Origin: Sphyrna mokarran
Taxonomy: Eukaryota
Direction: 5' to 3'
DNA: 64,000 nt
NCBI GenBank assembly: GCA_024679065.1
Contig: JAGIQG010000043.1
Coordinates: 1,240,001-1,304,000, forward strand
Shown: positions 47,262 to 60,300 of the stretch, piece by piece
How positions within the stretch are numbered: position 1 is the stretch's first letter
Layout of the letters: each line of letters begins with the position of its first letter
Made by a program: the position numbers and the translations under genes
The notes under the pieces: model-generated
Seen by the model: only the letters and a program-made list of their open reading frames with translations
What the model was told of the DNA's origin: nothing
Database searches by the model: none

Positions 47262-50200
47262 TGCCGTTCATAGTGAGTTAGCACTTCTTTGCCACAGCGC
47301 CAGGGCCTGAGGTTCAATTCAATTCAAGAATGCGAAGTCTGCATTCTCTCCTTTTCTCTATATGAATTTCCTCTGGGTGCGTCGCTTTCCTCCCACAGTG
47401 TGAAAAGCATACTGGTTAGGGTCATTGACCATTCTAAAGTTTCCTTCTGTGTACCTAAACAGGCGCCAACGTGTGGAGAATGATTAGGAATGAAAATTTT
47501 GAGACGAGCGAGTTACGTATGCGTTATTGAATTGTATCACAAGTAGGTTTACATTAACATTGCAATGACATTTCTGTGAAAATACCTCGTCTGAGCAGTC
47601 TGGTGCCTGTTCTGGGGCAATAGTCATGATGTAGAAATGCCGGCGTTGCACTGGGTTAAACACATTAAGAAGTCTCAAAGATTAGAGATTGAGCCCAATC
47701 CGTTTCTTTGATAGATGGAGATGTGTAACCCCCTCACTTGATTGGGCTTGCAAAATCTCACTTAGTGTCTTTTCTGGAAACAATCCACATTTTCTTAACC
47801 TCTGCTGACGTTATCTCCTCTTAAATTGTCTGCATCTTTAAGACTTGAATAGCAGATTAGCTGTAAAGATTTGCATTCTAATCAGTCTGTGTGACTTTGT
47901 ATGCCCTTCTCTGATCAGAACGTACCGCATACCTGACGAAGCAACACCGTTTCCGAAAGTTTGTGAGATTACTGACAAATAGACTGGTTGGACTCTTACC
48001 TGTTGTTGTGAGACGTCTTACTGGAACAATAGGCCAGTGCACCTGTCCAGCATGTCTATCGGACTGTAGGGGGAAACTAGCACAACCGCAGGAATCCCTC
48101 ACATACACGGAGATATAGTGCAAATTCCACACAGTGACCTGAGCACAGAAACAACCCCAGTTCTCTGAAATTGTGAGGCATAAGTGATAAAAGCAGCAAG
48201 ACACCCACCCTGGGGCCGTAGCTGGGAGGGCAAATGCAGGTTGCCATGCTTTTAAATCCCCTCCGCTACTTCCATTTCTTCCAAAGAGATAGCAATCATC
48301 CTGATTTGTTACCGTGCGTTTGTGTAGACATTACACAGTGCGATGCCAGTGAGGAGCTGGAGAAGGGATTAATCCCAACATTAACGATCAACATTAATCT
48401 GAATGTGAAGAGACTGCAGAAAGGATTACTGACAAATTGGGTTCTGAAATGAGCAGGGAGTGTTGAGCCTCACTGCCTGAACTGCACGCATGCTTGAGGC
48501 GGTAGAGGCAGCCGCAGAGAGCGTGGCTCGGCACCAAAGAGGCTCATTACTTGTGACTGCATCTGTTTGCTGTGCCTGAACACCCTTACTCACAGCCCGT
48601 TCGGTGCTGTGCAAAACGCACTGACGGGAGGAGATCACTGATCAAGATTCCGACCACTTTACCACCTGATGCTTGCGATGGAAAATAATATTCGAGCAGA
48701 AGCTGTCAGTGCATATCCTTTTTTAATAATTGACTTTTTTTGCGCAGAATTGCCTGCAGTGATCAAACGCTGGGACTAAGTGTTAGAATGCAGATTGACA
48801 AGTGTGTCCAGACTGGGGTGTGTTCATTAAACAGAGAACAGGCTAATGTACAACTTGAGAGAGAGGAACCGCCCGGAAAAAGCACCAATTCGTCCATGCC
48901 GATTAAGTTTCCAAAACAGGAGAAATCCCATTTGCCTGCGATTGGCCAATATTCCAGATACGCACCACACTCTTGTGTGTAAACATTTCTTCTCAAAACC
49001 CTTTTAATCGCTCCCCTCTCAAATTCAAGCTATGGTCTTTAGATTTAGTCTCTCCTATCCTGGATAACCGATACCCGGAATAAAACGGCGCAGATACGGG
49101 TACAAAGTGCAGACTCAGTACAGGCAGTGACTCAAGCCGGGAGTCGAACCCGGACCTTGGAACTGTGAGACAGCAATGCTAACCACACTAATACAGTAAA
49201 TGTGGGGTTCAGCCGGGAGGGGAATTGGAGATTGTCGAATCCCCATTTCCCCTCTGCTGCTTCCACTAATTTCCAGCAAATAACTATCTTCCTGAATTGT
49301 TACAGTGCGTTTGTGTAGATATTACACTGTGCGATCCCAGTGAACTGCTGGTCAAGGGGCTTGTTCCCTATATTAATGAATTGCATTAACAGGAATGCGA
49401 AGAGCTTGCCGGAAAGGATTACTGATAAAATGAGTTCTGAAATGAGCAGAGAGTGTTGGGCCTTACTGAGTGCCTGAACTATTTTGCAGAAATGTTTGAT
49501 CTTGAACGATGAAGAAGGGAGTCAGTAGAGGCAGCAGCTGAGAACCAGCTCCGACAGCAAAGAGGCACATTCCCTTTGACCGCGGCTGACTGCTGTGAGT
49601 CTCAAAATACTCTCACCCACAGCCCAATTCGGGCTTTGCAACATGAACTGAGATGCGGAGATGGTTGGCCAAGATTCTGATCACTTCATCACCTGATGTT
49701 TGAGATGGAAAAACAAATGATGTTCTCACCAGAAGCTGTCAATGTCTTTCATGTTATTTTTTTACAGTTGATACAGTTGATATGCGCTTCATATTCAGAA
49801 CTGCATAAGGTAGTCAAACACTGAAGCTAGGTGTTAAACTGCAGATTGATGAATGTTATTCGCCTTGGTTGGATGAGGAGTAAACAGATAATAGGCTCGT
49901 GTATAATTAGAGGGAGAAATGCATCATGGGAACAGGCCCTTCGGCATCACTCGTCTTTGTTGACCGGGTTTCCTGAACCGAACTAAACACATTTGCCTGT
50001 GCTTGACCATATCCCTCTCGATCTTATCCATCCATGTACTTGTACAAATGTTTTTTTTAATGTAATTATACTTACAACTAGCATCCTCTCTGAAAGCTCA
50101 TTCCATATGCGCACCACGCTTTGTATGAAGCGGTTTACCCCCACATCACTTTGTACGTTCCCTCTCAACTTCGAGCTATGCTCCTTAGTTTTGCTTCCCG

Positions 50201-51885
50201 ACTCCTTGCGCAACTCACTGGGAAAATGCAAAACCCAATTGCAGGTGCATATATCAGTAACGCCCATACGTTGACTTTTGTACAGAAAACTTCATTTCAA
50301 ATTTTGACTGCCTTCATTTGCACCCCTCCATCGTACAAAGAGGAAATTCCGACACTAGAATTAGCGCAGCTTCACAGAAGGATAGCAGGAAGGAGCTATC
50401 ATTAATAACAGGGAAAAAAAAGAAAACAAACTGGCTCTCTTATTGAAACAGGGAAGGCTGGGGGTAACGGAATAGTTGTCCTGAAAATTGCACCAGTAGC
50501 ACCCACTCACTAACAGTTTTTGGTTATGGGGAGGCGATGACCTCGTGGTATTATCGCTAGACTATTAATCCAGAAACACTGTTAATGGTCTGGGGACACG
50601 GTTAGAATTCTGCCATGGGTGCTGATTTAAATTTCAAATTCTGGAATTAAGCATGTATTGATGAGCATGAAACCATTGTTCACTCTCAGAAATGAACCGA
50701 CCTGTTTCACTCTTGTCTTTTCGGGACGGAAATCTGACACCCTCACCCGGTCTGGCCTACATGCGACTTTACAGCCGCAGTAATTTGATTTTAACATCTC
50801 AATGAATCTGAGCAGCAAGTGCAACAAGTAAATGTTAGCCAGCCAGCACGCACATATCCTATGAATGGTTAAAATGGTTAAAAACAACGCGTTGCGTAAC
50901 ATCATAGAATGATACAGCTTAGAAAGAGACTATTTGCCCATTGAATACATGTTGGGTTTTTGTTGGATATGTTTCTATGACCAGTTGATAGAGGTGATAA
51001 TTGCATATCGGAACTTTTACCGCCTACTCCAGAATCATGGGAACAGGAGGGATTGCAAAGCCGGTCTGCCAACGGCATCCACACCCCACCGTGCTCCCGC
51101 TTTTACGAGTCCGTTTGGAACTAACTTCCCTCTACTTGTTCACATCACCTCTGAACTGATTACACAAAAGCACAAATATACAACTCTCAAATCTTCCAGC
51201 TGTACCATTGTTAAATATGGTCAAAGAACAATCTGCCTCAAATCTTCACTGGTGAAGGGCACTCCCCACAAACTGGCAATCTTTTTTCCTTCAGTCTTTG
51301 TTCTCAATTTCTCAATCAAATGGCAACCGCAATATAGTAGTTCTAATCCGATGCATTGCAGAGTTTGGCAATAATCGGCTACTGATTATCTTGTGGAAGA
51401 GTCACTTGCTCAGAGATAATTTACTGTCTTAATGGTTAGAAAACTCTGAAGAATTTTCAATTATATCCATCAGACTGGATTCCACTTTAATTAAACTATA
51501 GTTGCACTCTCTACTCAGTTCATTCTGGTGAAATATTTGCTCATGTTAGGTATGACAGCAGATCCGAAAAAAACTTCCCGTAGATGCTCTTGCAGGCTTG
51601 CAAATATCTGCTTTCATTTTCCGTTTTAAACCTAATCGGAATTAATACGTTTTTTAAGTGGCAGATGGCGCATAATATTGAAAAATGCAAAACTTCACTC
51701 AAAGATCCGAGAATCAAGGCATTTTTAAAACTTGAAGTGTTGGGTCTTTCTGTTATTGTGGTCCGTGCTTCACAGAAGCACTGTGGTCAGCACTGCTGCC
51801 TCGCCGCCGCGGGGATGCTGCTTTAAATACATCTTTGGGAAACCCATCTGTGTGGAGTTGGCACCTTCTCCCCCTTCTCCCTCTT

Positions 51886-53740
51886 AGAAGAGCTAAAAGA
51901 GGACACGAGAAGACTTTGGCTGATAGGATCAAGGAGAATCCTAAAGCTTTCTTTAGATATGTTAAGAATAGAAGATTGGTTAGGGCAACATTAGGGCCAG
52001 TCAGAGACAGCAGTGGGAAGTTGTGCTTGGAGCCTGAAGAGATTGGAGAGGCACTGAACAAATATTTCTCTTCGGTATTCACGCAGGGTGATGTAAATGT
52101 AGTTATGGAGAACACTGAGGTACAGGGTAGCAAACTGGAAGGTATCGAAGTAGATAGAGAGGATGTGCTAGATATTCTCGAGGGTTTGAAGTTGGATAAG
52201 TCCCCTGGGCCGGACGGGATTTACCCTAGGATTCTCTGGGAGGCAAGAGAGGAGATTGCAGAGCCTCTGGCTCTGATCTTAGGTCGTCGTTGGTTACAGG
52301 TGTGGTTCCGGAGGACTGGAGGATAGCGAATGTGGTCCCGTTGTTCAAGAAGGGGAAGAGAGACCTTCCAGGGAATTATAGGCCAGGGAGTCTTACTTCT
52401 GTTGTGGGCAAAGTATTGGAGAGAATTATTAGGGATAGGATTTATAGTTATTTAGAGAGAAATGAATTGATTGGGGATAGTCAGCATGGTTTCGTGAAGG
52501 GTAGGTCATGCCTTAATAACCTCATTGAGTTTTTTGAGAAAGTGACCAAAGAGGTGGATGGGGGTAAGGCGGTTGATGTAGTATATATGGACTTTAGTAA
52601 GGCGTTTGAGAAGGTGGCCCATGGAAGACTTCTACAGAAAATGCAGATGTGTGGAATAGAGGGTGATTTAGCTAATTGGATTAGGAATTGGCTGGCAGAT
52701 AGAAGACAGGGTGGTGGTTGATGGGAGATATTCATCGTGGAGTTCGGTGACAAGTGGTGTACCTCAGGGGTCTGTTTTGGGGCCCCTGCTGTTTGTAATT
52801 TTTTATAAATGATCTGGATGAGGGTATTGAAGGATGGATTAGTAAATTTGCAGATGACACTAAAGTCGGTGGAGTGGTAGATAGTGAAGAGGGGTGTTAT
52901 AGTTTGCAGAGGGACTTGGACAAGTTGCAGAGCTGGGCCGAGAGGTGGCAAATGGAGTTTAATGTGGAAAAGTGTGAGGTAATGAACTATGGCAGAAATA
53001 ATAAATGTGTAGAGTATAGGGCAAATGGTAGGATTCTTAGTAGTCTAGATGAACAGAGGGATCTTGGTGTGTATGTGCATAGATTCCTGAAAGTAGGCAG
53101 TCAGGTCGAGAAGGTTGTTAGGAAGCATATGGAGTCTTGGCTTTTACTGGTAGAGGGATTGAATTTTGAGCCGCAACGTCATGTTGCAACTGTACAAAAC
53201 TCTAGTGCGGCCGCACTTGGAGTATTGTGTGCAGTTCTGGTCCCCACATTATAAGAAAGATATGGAGGCATTGGAGAGGGGACAGAGGAGGTTTACCAGG
53301 ATGTTGCCTGGTATGGAGGGCAGGTCTTATGAAGAGAGGCTGAGGGATTTGAGGTTGTTTCGTTAGAAAGGAGGAGGCTAAGAGGGGACCTTATCGAAAC
53401 ATATAAGATGATTAGAGGTTTAGATAGGGTGGACAGTGATAGCCTTTTCCTAGGATGGAGAAAGCTAGCACGAGGGGACACAGCTTTAAATTAAGGGGTG
53501 ATAGTTATAGGACGGATATCAGAGGCAGGTTCTTTACCCAAAGGGTGGTTCGGGAGTGGAATGCCTTGCCTGCAGCGGTTGTAGATGCGCCAAGTTTGGT
53601 GGCGTTTAAGAGGTTAGTTGATAAGTATATGGAAGAGAAGGGAATGGTTAGTTTGGAGGGGCATTGCTTTTTATATTGGTCGGCGCAACATCGAAGGCCG
53701 AAGGGCCTGTTCTGTGCTGTAATGTTCTATGTTCTTTGTT
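51886..53740 (+). mobile_element. 5'-truncated CR1 LINE (RT), frameshifted
   Basis: ORFs 51835-52326, 52290-52721, 52874-53254, 53455-53748; 3' tail. Confidence 0.92.
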
Positions 53741-54786
53741 GTATTTAGAAATGAGATGAGGGGACGTGTATTCACCCAGAGAAAGTAGCTGAGGCCAAAG
53801 TGATGACTGATTTCAAGAATAAGTTCGATTTATGGCTGAATGGATCAAAGAATTTGGGGGGGGGGGGGCGGAAATCAGTATAATTTAATCGATGTTAAGC
53901 CACGGTCAAAATGAATAGTGAAGCAGGCTAGAAGAGCTGAATGGCCTTCTCAAGTGTTTTTGTCTCTATTTTTCTGTGACCATTTGACAAACATGATTAT
54001 TTCATATTGGAACTTTTTGCCACCTACTCCAGGACCATGGGAACAGGAGAATTTGTAATGTCGCTTTGCCAAGTCGGCCCACACCCAACTAAAAATCAGT
54101 TTGCTCACCGCTTTAACGAGTCCGTTTGGAATTCACTGTTGCTGCCTTGCATGTGTTCACGTTCTTTCTGAACTAATTACACAAGGTCACAAATATGCAA
54201 CTCTCAATTCTGTCATCACAATCATCATCAAATATGGTAAAAGAGCAAATGTACTTCAAATCTTCACTGATTAAGGGCACTCCCCACAATCCGGCAATCT
54301 TTTTGTCTTCACTGCCTGTTGAAAATTTGCAATCGCAACCTGAAAGTTCTAGCTCCATGCAGTGCGGAGTTTGACAATAATCGGCTATTGGTCAACTTGT
54401 GGGAGAATCATGTGCTTATCATTAAGAGACAACCTGCTATCTCACTGGATAGTAAATTCCTAAGTATTTTCAATTATATTCATCAGTCAGTTTTCCACTT
54501 TAATGAAAGTATCGTTGCACTCTCTACTCAGTTCATTTCTGTGACATATTTGTTCATATTAGGTCTGTCAGCAGATCCTAATAAACTCCCCACAGCTGTT
54601 GTTACAAGCTTGAGGATATTTGGTTTCACTTCCCGTTCTAACTCTAAGCCTAATTCATTGACTAATTAAGTGGCAGGTGGTATATAATATTGAAACATGT
54701 GAAACTATTCACTCGAGTGGAAAGATCTGAAAATCAGGATTTTTGTAAAGCATGAAGGAATAGGACATTCTGACATTCCAGAATGA

Positions 54787-55150
54787 GCGGCACAGTAGCA
54801 CAGTGGTCAGCAATACTGCCTCACAGCGCCAGAGACCCTTGTTTAGTAAGATCCTTGGGTGACTATCTGCGTGGAGTTTGCACCTCTCCCCGTGCCTCCG
54901 TGGGTTTCTCCAAATGCATCAATTTCGACTCACTTACCAAACATGTGCTTATTGGGTGGACTGGCTATTTTATTTGCCCCTTAGTGTCTAAAGATGGGCC
55001 ATTTAGATTGATTTGTCCTTCTAAAATTCCCACAACGGTCAGGAAGATTAGCAGCGTAAATACCTGGGATTATGAGAAATAGGTCTTGAGGGGACTGTTG
55101 CTATTATCGGCTCAATGAGTCAAAATCACAGGTTCTATGATTTTATGATT
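54787..55150 (+). mobile_element. HE1/V-SINE-type element
   Basis: gcggcacagtagcacagtggtcagc..cacagcgccagagaccc head, ttctatga tail. Confidence 0.78.
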
Positions 55151-56361
55151 CAGATAGTGTTCATGTTCTTGTGCAGAAGAACACAACATGAACAGTGTTC
55201 ATGTTCTTGTGCAGAAGAATGTTCTTGTTCATTTACCAGAAGGTACCCAAGGAATTAAAAAAAAAATCTTTGTTGAGATTTATTGCAATGGTTGGAGTAT
55301 TTATGATGATCGAAGAGTAAGAAATACGTACTGCAAACAAACCTTATGTCAGTGAGAATGTGCCAAGAATACTGAATGCCGTTTAGGTGTCTTTTTTTTT
55401 ACAGCAGAAAGCTGCATTTGCCTTTCAGGTAGGATTCTGAAGCTTCATGTCTGGCAGGAAAGATTAGTCCTGTCTGAGCACTTTCATTAGAATGGATCAA
55501 CCTTAGCTGGACTTCAGGAAATGAATATCTGTAAATGAAAAGATTCGGGCTATGATTTCAGTATTAAGATTGAGATCTTGTTCGTGCCTTGCTGGTGAGT
55601 CCAGACATCGCGGCCATAGTCTCAGAGTACAGACTGAAATAAGGGGGCAATCCTTCATTCATATATTTGTGACTTTTTGGGGCGTTGTGCAATTAGAGTT
55701 CTGGATGCTCATTGAAGACACAGATCGATGTGTGTGAGGAATCAAGACAATCTGTAATTAATGTACATTCAACAATCTAATTGCCTGACGGAGATCGAAT
55801 GAAGTCATTATTTAACATGGTTCAGTATGTTGAACTCGCTGTGGTTGTTGCAATTTCTCGTTTTGACCACATCGTGCCGCTCGAACTCTACCCATGTATT
55901 TCCCTGCTGTCCTGACGACGGGAATTCCTACTTTATCCCCCCTTTTCCCTTTAATTTTCACACACTGACCACGTCTTCATGCTAGGAGGGATAGCGTTCA
56001 TTGATTCATAACGACAAATCATTCATTTCTATCAAAGGTCGGCACCCTCAGAATGGAAAAGGAAGGGAAATTCTTACCAGCGAGGATTCTTCACGACTCA
56101 GTCCCCGCTACAGGCCTTTGTCCGTCGCTGAACATGTGGAAACATATGCTGTCACTGACTATCCAACTCTGAAAATGTCTGGCTGAATTCCAAACTAGAA
56201 ATGGGACCAGTAATGCATTTTGCTCAGGACAGCACACAGGTTTTTTTTTGCCGAACGCTTTGAGAAATTTATCATCTTTCTGAAGTCTCCCTGAGCAAAT
56301 GTACTTAAGGGAAATTCTTCCAAACATCCGTCAGGGACGTGGTTTGGAATTATTGTGTACG

Positions 56362-56806
56362 TTTACCAGGATGTATGGAGGGCAGGTCTTATGAAGAGAG
56401 GCTGAGGGATTTGAGGTCGTTTTCGTTAGAAAGAAGGCGGCTAAGAGGAGACCTTTTTGAAACATATAAGATGATTAGAGGTTTAGATAGGGTGGACAGT
56501 GATAGTCTTTTTCCTAGGATGGAGAAAGCTAGCACGAGGTAACATAGCTTTAAATTAAGGGGTGGTAGTTATAGGACGGATGTCAGAGGTAGGTTCTTTA
56601 CCCAAAGGGTGGTAAGGGTATGGAATGCCCTGCCTGCTGCAGTTGTAGATGCGCCAAGTTTGGTGGCGTATAAGAGGTTAGTAGATAAGTTTATGGATGA
56701 AAAAGGAATGGTTTAGGTTAGAGGGTCATTGCTTTTTCTTAATTGGTCAGCGCAACATTGAAGGCCGAAGGTCCTGTTCTGCGCTGTAATGTTCTATGTT
56801 CTATGT
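56362..56806 (+). mobile_element. CR1 3' fragment
   Basis: MEGRSYEERLRDL.. and TTCTATG tail. Confidence 0.88.
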
Positions 56807-57373
56807 TATGGGTCCTCATCTGTGCGATTTCCTCAGAATATTAACACTGTTGAGCATGCGCCAAGCTGCTACATGCATACGCACAATCCTGCAGTGGATG
56901 AAGAGGCCAACTGGTCCCGTCGAGTTGGCACCGATTCTCCGACAAATCATCTTATCTACGGCTTAGTCTGTAACTGCTTGTACTTACCCCTCTCAATCCC
57001 CTAGGCATATCAACACATTGAAAAAAAAATTAGACACTCAACTTGATTTATATATCTTTAGACTATGGGGAGAAATTGGAGCACCGAGAAGATTCTTGCA
57101 GAGACTCGGAGAGATTGTGCAACTGCACTCAGTCAGTGTTCCAAACCAGGTATCAAACTCAGGTCCTTGGATCTGTGAGGCAGCTAGGCTAACCATTATG
57201 CCACGGTGCCGTTCTGCTGCATGACCCAGGATGTAATTTTCATACATATTCATTGTTTACAGTGTGCAAAATATTTTTTCAAAAGACGGGATATTATAAA
57301 ATTGCGGATTAATTGAAATTGTTGAACCACTCCGTTTCTCTTGTCATTTGAAGTGGATATGACTCACCAGGTT

Positions 57374-60300
57374 ATAGAACATAGAACATAAAACATAGAA
57401 CATTAAAGCGCAGTACAGGCCCTTCGGCCCTCTATGTTGCGCCGGCCAGAGGACCCTCGAACCTCAACTATTCCAATATCATCCATATGCCCATCCACCG
57501 ACCATTTGAATGCCCCCAAAGTAAGAGAGTCCACAACTGCTGCAGGCAGGGCATTCCACGCCCTCACCACCCTCTGTGTAAAGAACCTGCCTCTGACATC
57601 CGTCCTATAACTACCACTTCTTAATTTAAAGTTATGTCCCCTCATGTTGGTCATCACCATCCGAGGAAAAAAGCTCTCACTATCCACCCTATCCAGTCCT
57701 TTGATCATCTTATACGCCTCAATTAGGTCACTGCGTAACCTTCTTCTCTCTAATGAAAATAACCTCAGGTCCCTCAGCCTTTCCTCATAAGGCCTTCCCA
57801 CCATACCAGGCAACATCCTGGTAAACCTCCTCTGCACCCTTTCCAATGCTTCCACATCTTTCTTATAATGCGGCGACCAGAACTGTACGCAATACTCCAA
57901 GTGCGGCCGCACCAGAGTTTTGTACAGTTGTAACATAACCTCACGGCTCCTAAATTCAATCCCTCTACCAATAAAAGCTAACACACCGTACGCCTTCTTA
58001 ACAACTTTATCAACCTGGGTGCCAACTTTCAAAGAGCTATGTACTTGTACCCCAAGATCCCTCTGCTCGACAACACTATTAAGGGTCCTTCCATTAGCCC
58101 TATATTTCATATGCCTGTTATTCCTACCAAAGTGAATCACCTCACACTTATCCGTATTGAATTCCATTTGCCACCTCACGGCCCAGTTCTACAAAGTATC
58201 TATGTCCCTCTGCAAACTGTAACATCCATCCTCGCTGTCTACAACTCCCTCCACTTTGGTATCGTCTGCAAATTTACTAATCCAACCCTCTACACCCTCA
58301 TCTAGGTCATTTATAAATATGACAAACAGCAGTGGCCCCAAAACAGATCCTTGAGGTACACCACTTGTAACTGCACTCCAGGTTGAAAATTTCCCATCAA
58401 CCACCACCCTCTGTCTTCTATCAGCTAGCCAATTCCTAATACAAACTGCTAAATCACCTTCAATCCCATGCATCTGCACTTTCTGCGGTAGCCTACCATG
58501 GGGAACTTATCAAACGCTTTGCTAAAATCCATATACACTACATTAACTGCCTTACCCTTATCTACCTCTTTGGTCACCTCCTCAAAAAACTCAATAAGGT
58601 TTGTGAGGCACGACCTACCCTTCACAAAACCGTGCTGACTAACCCTAATCAATTTATTTCTCTCAAGATGCTTATTAATCCTATCCCTTATAATTCATTC
58701 CAAAACTTTGCCCACAACAGAAGTCAGGCTCACCGGAGGCTTGAAGGCTCAGTTATTGCAATGGAGAGCTATAGATTAGCCAGGAAGGAGCTAAAATGTG
58801 AATTGAGGAGAGCTAAGAGGGGACACGAGAAGATGTTGGCTGATAGGATTAAGGAGAATCCTAAAGCTTTCTTTCGATATGTTAAGAATAGAAGATTGGT
58901 TAGGGCAAGATTAGGCCCAGTCATAGACAGCAGTGGGAAGTTGTGCGTGGAGCCTGAAGAGATTGGTGAGGCACTGAATAAATATTTCTCTTCGGTATTC
59001 ACGCAGAGTGCTGGAAATGTAGCTGTGGAGAGCACTGAGGTACAGGGTTGCACATTGGGGAGTATTGTAGTAGATAGGGAGGATGTGTTAGAAATTCTCG
59101 AGGGTTTGAAGTTGGATAAGTCCCCTGGGCCGGACGGGATTTACCCTAGGATTCTCTGGGAGGCAAGAGAGGAGATTGCAGAGCCTCTGGCTCTGATCTT
59201 CAGGTTGTTGTTGGTTACGGGTGTGGTTCCGGAGGACTGGAAGATAGCGAATGTGGTCCCGTTGTTCAAGAAGGGGAAGAGAGACCTTCCAGGGAATTAT
59301 AGGCCAGTGAGTCTTACTTCTGTTGCGGGCAAAGTATTGGAGAGAATATTAGGGATAGGATTTATAGTTATTTAGAGAGAAATGAATTGATTGGGGATAG
59401 TCAGCATGGTTTCGTGAAGGGTAGGTCATGCCTTTCTAACCTCATTGAGTTTTTTAGAAAGTGACCAAAGAGGTGGATGGGGGTAAGGCGGTTGATGTAG
59501 TATATATGGACTTTAGTAAGGCGTTTGATAAGGTGGCCCATGGAAGACTTCTACAGAAAATGCAGATGTGTGGAATAGAGGGTGATTTAGCTAATTGGAT
59601 TAGAAATTGGCTGGCAGCTAGAAGACAGAGGGTGGTGGTTGATGGGAGATATTCATCGTGGAGTTCGGTGACGAGTGGTGTGCCTCATGGGTCTGTTTTG
59701 GGGCCCCTGCTGTTTGTAATTTTTATAAATGATCTGGATGAGGGTATTGAGGATGGATCAGTAAATTTGCAGATGACACTAAAGTCGGTGGAGTGGTAGA
59801 TAGTGAAGAGGGGTGTTATAGTTTACAGAGTGACTTGGACAAGTTGCAGAGCTGGGCTGAGAGGTGGCAGATGGAGTTTAATGTGGAAAAGTGTGAGGTA
59901 ATGCGCTTTGGCAGGAACAATAAATGTGTAGAGTATAGGGCTAATGGTAGGGCTCTTAATAGTGTTGAGGAACAGAAGGACCTTGGTGTATGTGTCAATA
60001 GATCCCTGAAAGTAGGCAGTCAAGTGGATAAAGTTGTTAAGAAGGCATATGGAGTCTAAGCTTTTATTGGTAGGGGGATTGAATTTAGGAGCTGCAGCAT
60101 CATGTTGCAACTGTACAAAACTCTAGTGCGGCCGCACTTGGAGTATTGTGTGCAGTTCTGATCGCCACATTATAAGAAAGATGTGGAGGCATTGGAGAGG
60201 GTACAGAGGAGTTTTACCAGGATGTTGCCTGGTATGGAGGGCAGGTCCTATGAAGAGAGGTTGAAGGATTTGAGGTTGTTTTGGTTAGAAAGGAGACGGC

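Larger units (their letters stand above)
44415..49095 (+). repeat. Near-identical 2.29-kb direct duplication (44415-46704 and 46805-49095) separated by a 100-N gap
   Basis: Identical ORF translations at an offset of 2391 nt. Confidence 0.95.
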
